From Hemiscyllium ocellatum (taxonomy: Eukaryota), in assembly GCF_020745735.1 (NCBI RefSeq), contig NC_083409.1:6437534-6501533 (forward strand): a stretch of DNA of 64,000 nucleotides. Direction: 5' to 3'. Numbering within the stretch: the stretch's first letter is position 1; each line of letters begins with the position of its first letter. Shown piece after piece: positions 61,701-64,000 of the stretch. The notes beneath the pieces are model-generated. The model was given only the letters and a program-made list of their open reading frames with translations, had not been told where the DNA came from and did not search any database. The translations under genes and the position numbers were made by a program.

Positions 61701-61719
61701 TAGTTCCTTGAAGATGAAG

Positions 61720-62370
61720 TTGCAGGTAGGAAGGGGAGGGACAAAGTTATTTGGTTTGCTTTCCTTTATTGGGCAGTGCATTGATTATTGGAGTTGGGAG
61801 CTGTTGCGGCTGTAGAGGGCATTGGTTAGGGCACTTTTGGAATACTGTGTGCAATTCAGTTCTCCTTGCTGGAGAAAAAAATGTTGTGAACCTTAAAATG
61901 ATCCAGAAATGATTTACAAGGATGTTGCCAAGGTTGGAGGGTTTGCATAAAAGGGAGAGGCTGAAGAGGCTGGGGTTGTTTTCCCTGGATCTTTGCAGGT
62001 TGATGGGTGACCATATAGAGGTTTATAAAATCATGAGCGGCATAGATAGGGTGAACAGAGAAGATCTTTCCTCCAGATTGGGGGAGTCCAGAACTGGAGC
62101 GCATAGGCTGAAGGTGACAAGGGAAAGATTTAAAAGGGACCTAAGGGACAACGTTTTCATTCAAAGGGTGTTAAATGTATGGAATGAGCTGCCAGAGGAG
62201 GTGGTGAAGGCTGGTACAATTACAACATTTAAAAGGCATGTGTATGTAAATAGGAAGATGTTAAAGGGATATGGGCCAAATAATGGCAAATGGGACTAGA
62301 TTAATTTCGGATATCTCGTCAGCATGGACGAGTTGGACCGAAGGGTCTGTTTCTGTGCTGTCCATCTCTC
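61720..62370 (+). mobile_element. CR1 3' end
   Basis: ERLKRLGLFSL....MGDHIEVYKIMSGIDRV..RFKRDLRDNVF.QRVLNVWNELP plus 3'UTR tail. Confidence 0.92.
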
Positions 62371-62939
62371 TCACTCTAATTGTATTTCAATCCAGCCCTT
62401 AATACTTCAGGCTCTCTCAAAGACATTAACACGCAGTTTTGCCTGACAAGCAGTCACAGTCAGTAACGTAGCAGCCAGTTTCTACACAGCAAGATTCCAC
62501 TAGAAGCAATGAGATCAAAGAGCAATACTGATGTTGGCTCAACGATAAATATTGGCCTGAACTCAACCCAAAGAGAAAGTAATTTGGTTCAGTTGGATGA
62601 AAATGAGGAAATGAAGGTAAAGGAGAAGGCAGGATTGGCAGTTAGTGATGGGATTGACTATTACCAGAAAATAAAAGAAAGGGATGGAATTTTTGAATAT
62701 CCTAGGAACCATGAAAGTGCAGGGAAAATCAACAATAGAACAAACACTTTGTATCTAAATTAAGCATTCCGAGTAAGGTCGACAAAGTAATGCCACAAAT
62801 CGAGGGAAATTGAGTTTCCAAGGAATTTAAACCAGTTAAAGTGGACAAGGGCTCAGGAAAGGTAATTCAAGTTTCTAGAAGGACAGAGAGTACAGAAAGG
62901 ATCATGAATCGAACGTAAAGCACAGAAGATAAGGGGACA

Positions 62940-64000
62940 ATGATGGGAAAGAGGGCAGTCAATGCAGGACTGAGGGTGTTGTACTTAAATGCACACAGTA
63001 TACACAATGAGCTTGTAGTACAGATTGAAACTGGCAGGTACGATGTTGTGGGCATCACAGAAACATGGCTGTAAGGGGATCAGGGCTGGGAACTCAATAT
63101 CCAAGGATCCATGTCCTATCAAAAGGACAGGCAGATGGACCGAGGGGGAAGAGATGCCTTGTTAGCGAGAAATGAAATTAAATCAATAGCAAGAAGTGAT
63201 ATAGAGTCAGAAGGTGTAGAATCTGTCTGGGTTGAGCTGAGGAACTGCAAAAAATAAAGAATCTGATGCAAGGTATGTCAAGGTCTCCAAGCTGTAATCA
63301 GGGTGTGGGGAAGGAAATCAATCAGGAGACAGAAAAGTCGCATACAAAATGTCAGGGCAGACTTGAAGGGATAGTTGGACTGGGTAGCACATCTCAAGGA
63401 AAGGATTTCATGGAATGTCGACGAGTTGGATTTTGGAGCAGCTTGTGGTTGTGCCAATATGGAACAGGCGGTTCTGGATTCAGTGATGTGTATTGAGGCA
63501 AATTTGATTAGTGAGTTTAAGGTTAAAGTATCCCTGTGGATACGTGACAATAATACGATAGAATTCCCCATGTAGTTTGAGAGAGAAGCTGCAATCAGAT
63601 TGAACAGTATTTCAATTGAGTAAAGGTAACTCCAAAGACATGAGGAAGGAGCTCGCCAGAGTTGGTTGGAAGGGGAGCCGAGCAGGTAAGATGGTGTGGC
63701 AGCAAACAGCAGAGTTTCTGGGGTAATTCAGGAAGCAGAGCAGGAATTCATCCCAAAAAAGAAGAAACATACAATGGGGAGGACAAGGCAACCATGGCTT
63801 TTGGGGGAGATCAAGGACAGCATAAAAGCAGAAGGAAAAGCACACAATGTGGTGAAGAATAATGGGAGGCCAGAGGATTAGGAAGACTTTAAAAACCTGC
63901 AGAGGATAACTAAAAAAGCATTAAAAGTGGAGAAGGTGAAATGTGGGAGTTATCTAGCCAGTAATATAAAAGAAGATTGCAGGAGTTTTATCAGGCGTAC
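62940..64000 (+). mobile_element. Decayed CR1 ORF2 APE endonuclease, running off the window
   Basis: LRVLYLNAHSI..YDVVGITETWL*GDQGWELNIQG; DNNTIEF; PWLLGEIKDSIKA. Confidence 0.88.

Overview
Repeat-rich vertebrate DNA from a cartilaginous fish (HE1 SINEs, CR1 and Penelope-like elements; probably a carpet shark, which is inference). The only host gene segment I can support is an immunoglobulin light-chain constant exon (kappa/NS4-like) on the minus strand at 58829-59156. It has a clean splice acceptor and an AATAAA, but a -1 frameshift in a C-rich tract near its 3' end. I found no V, J or RSS in the window. The region is a relic field of duplicated IgL clusters. About 15 kb on + (27252-42400) is an inverted, collinear paralogue of the DNA downstream of the C exon (48110-58460). 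A third C-exon copy on + (44404-45200) carries a 308-bp microhomology deletion. The C exon of the + arm is missing exactly where a stack of Tx1/L1-clade pieces ends. That stack includes an ORF1-only element (ORF1 joined directly to a 3'UTR, HAL1-like). Also present: a young Penelope-like element with an open RT-GIY-YIG frame, a 15-bp TSD and a minimal hammerhead ribozyme; a decayed FLYWCH-MULE DNA transposon with TIRs and a 9-bp TSD; many CR1 and SINE fragments; several minisatellites; and one 143-N gap. There are no CRISPR, rRNA or true tRNA genes. Boundaries of old repeats are approximate and all alignments were done by eye.
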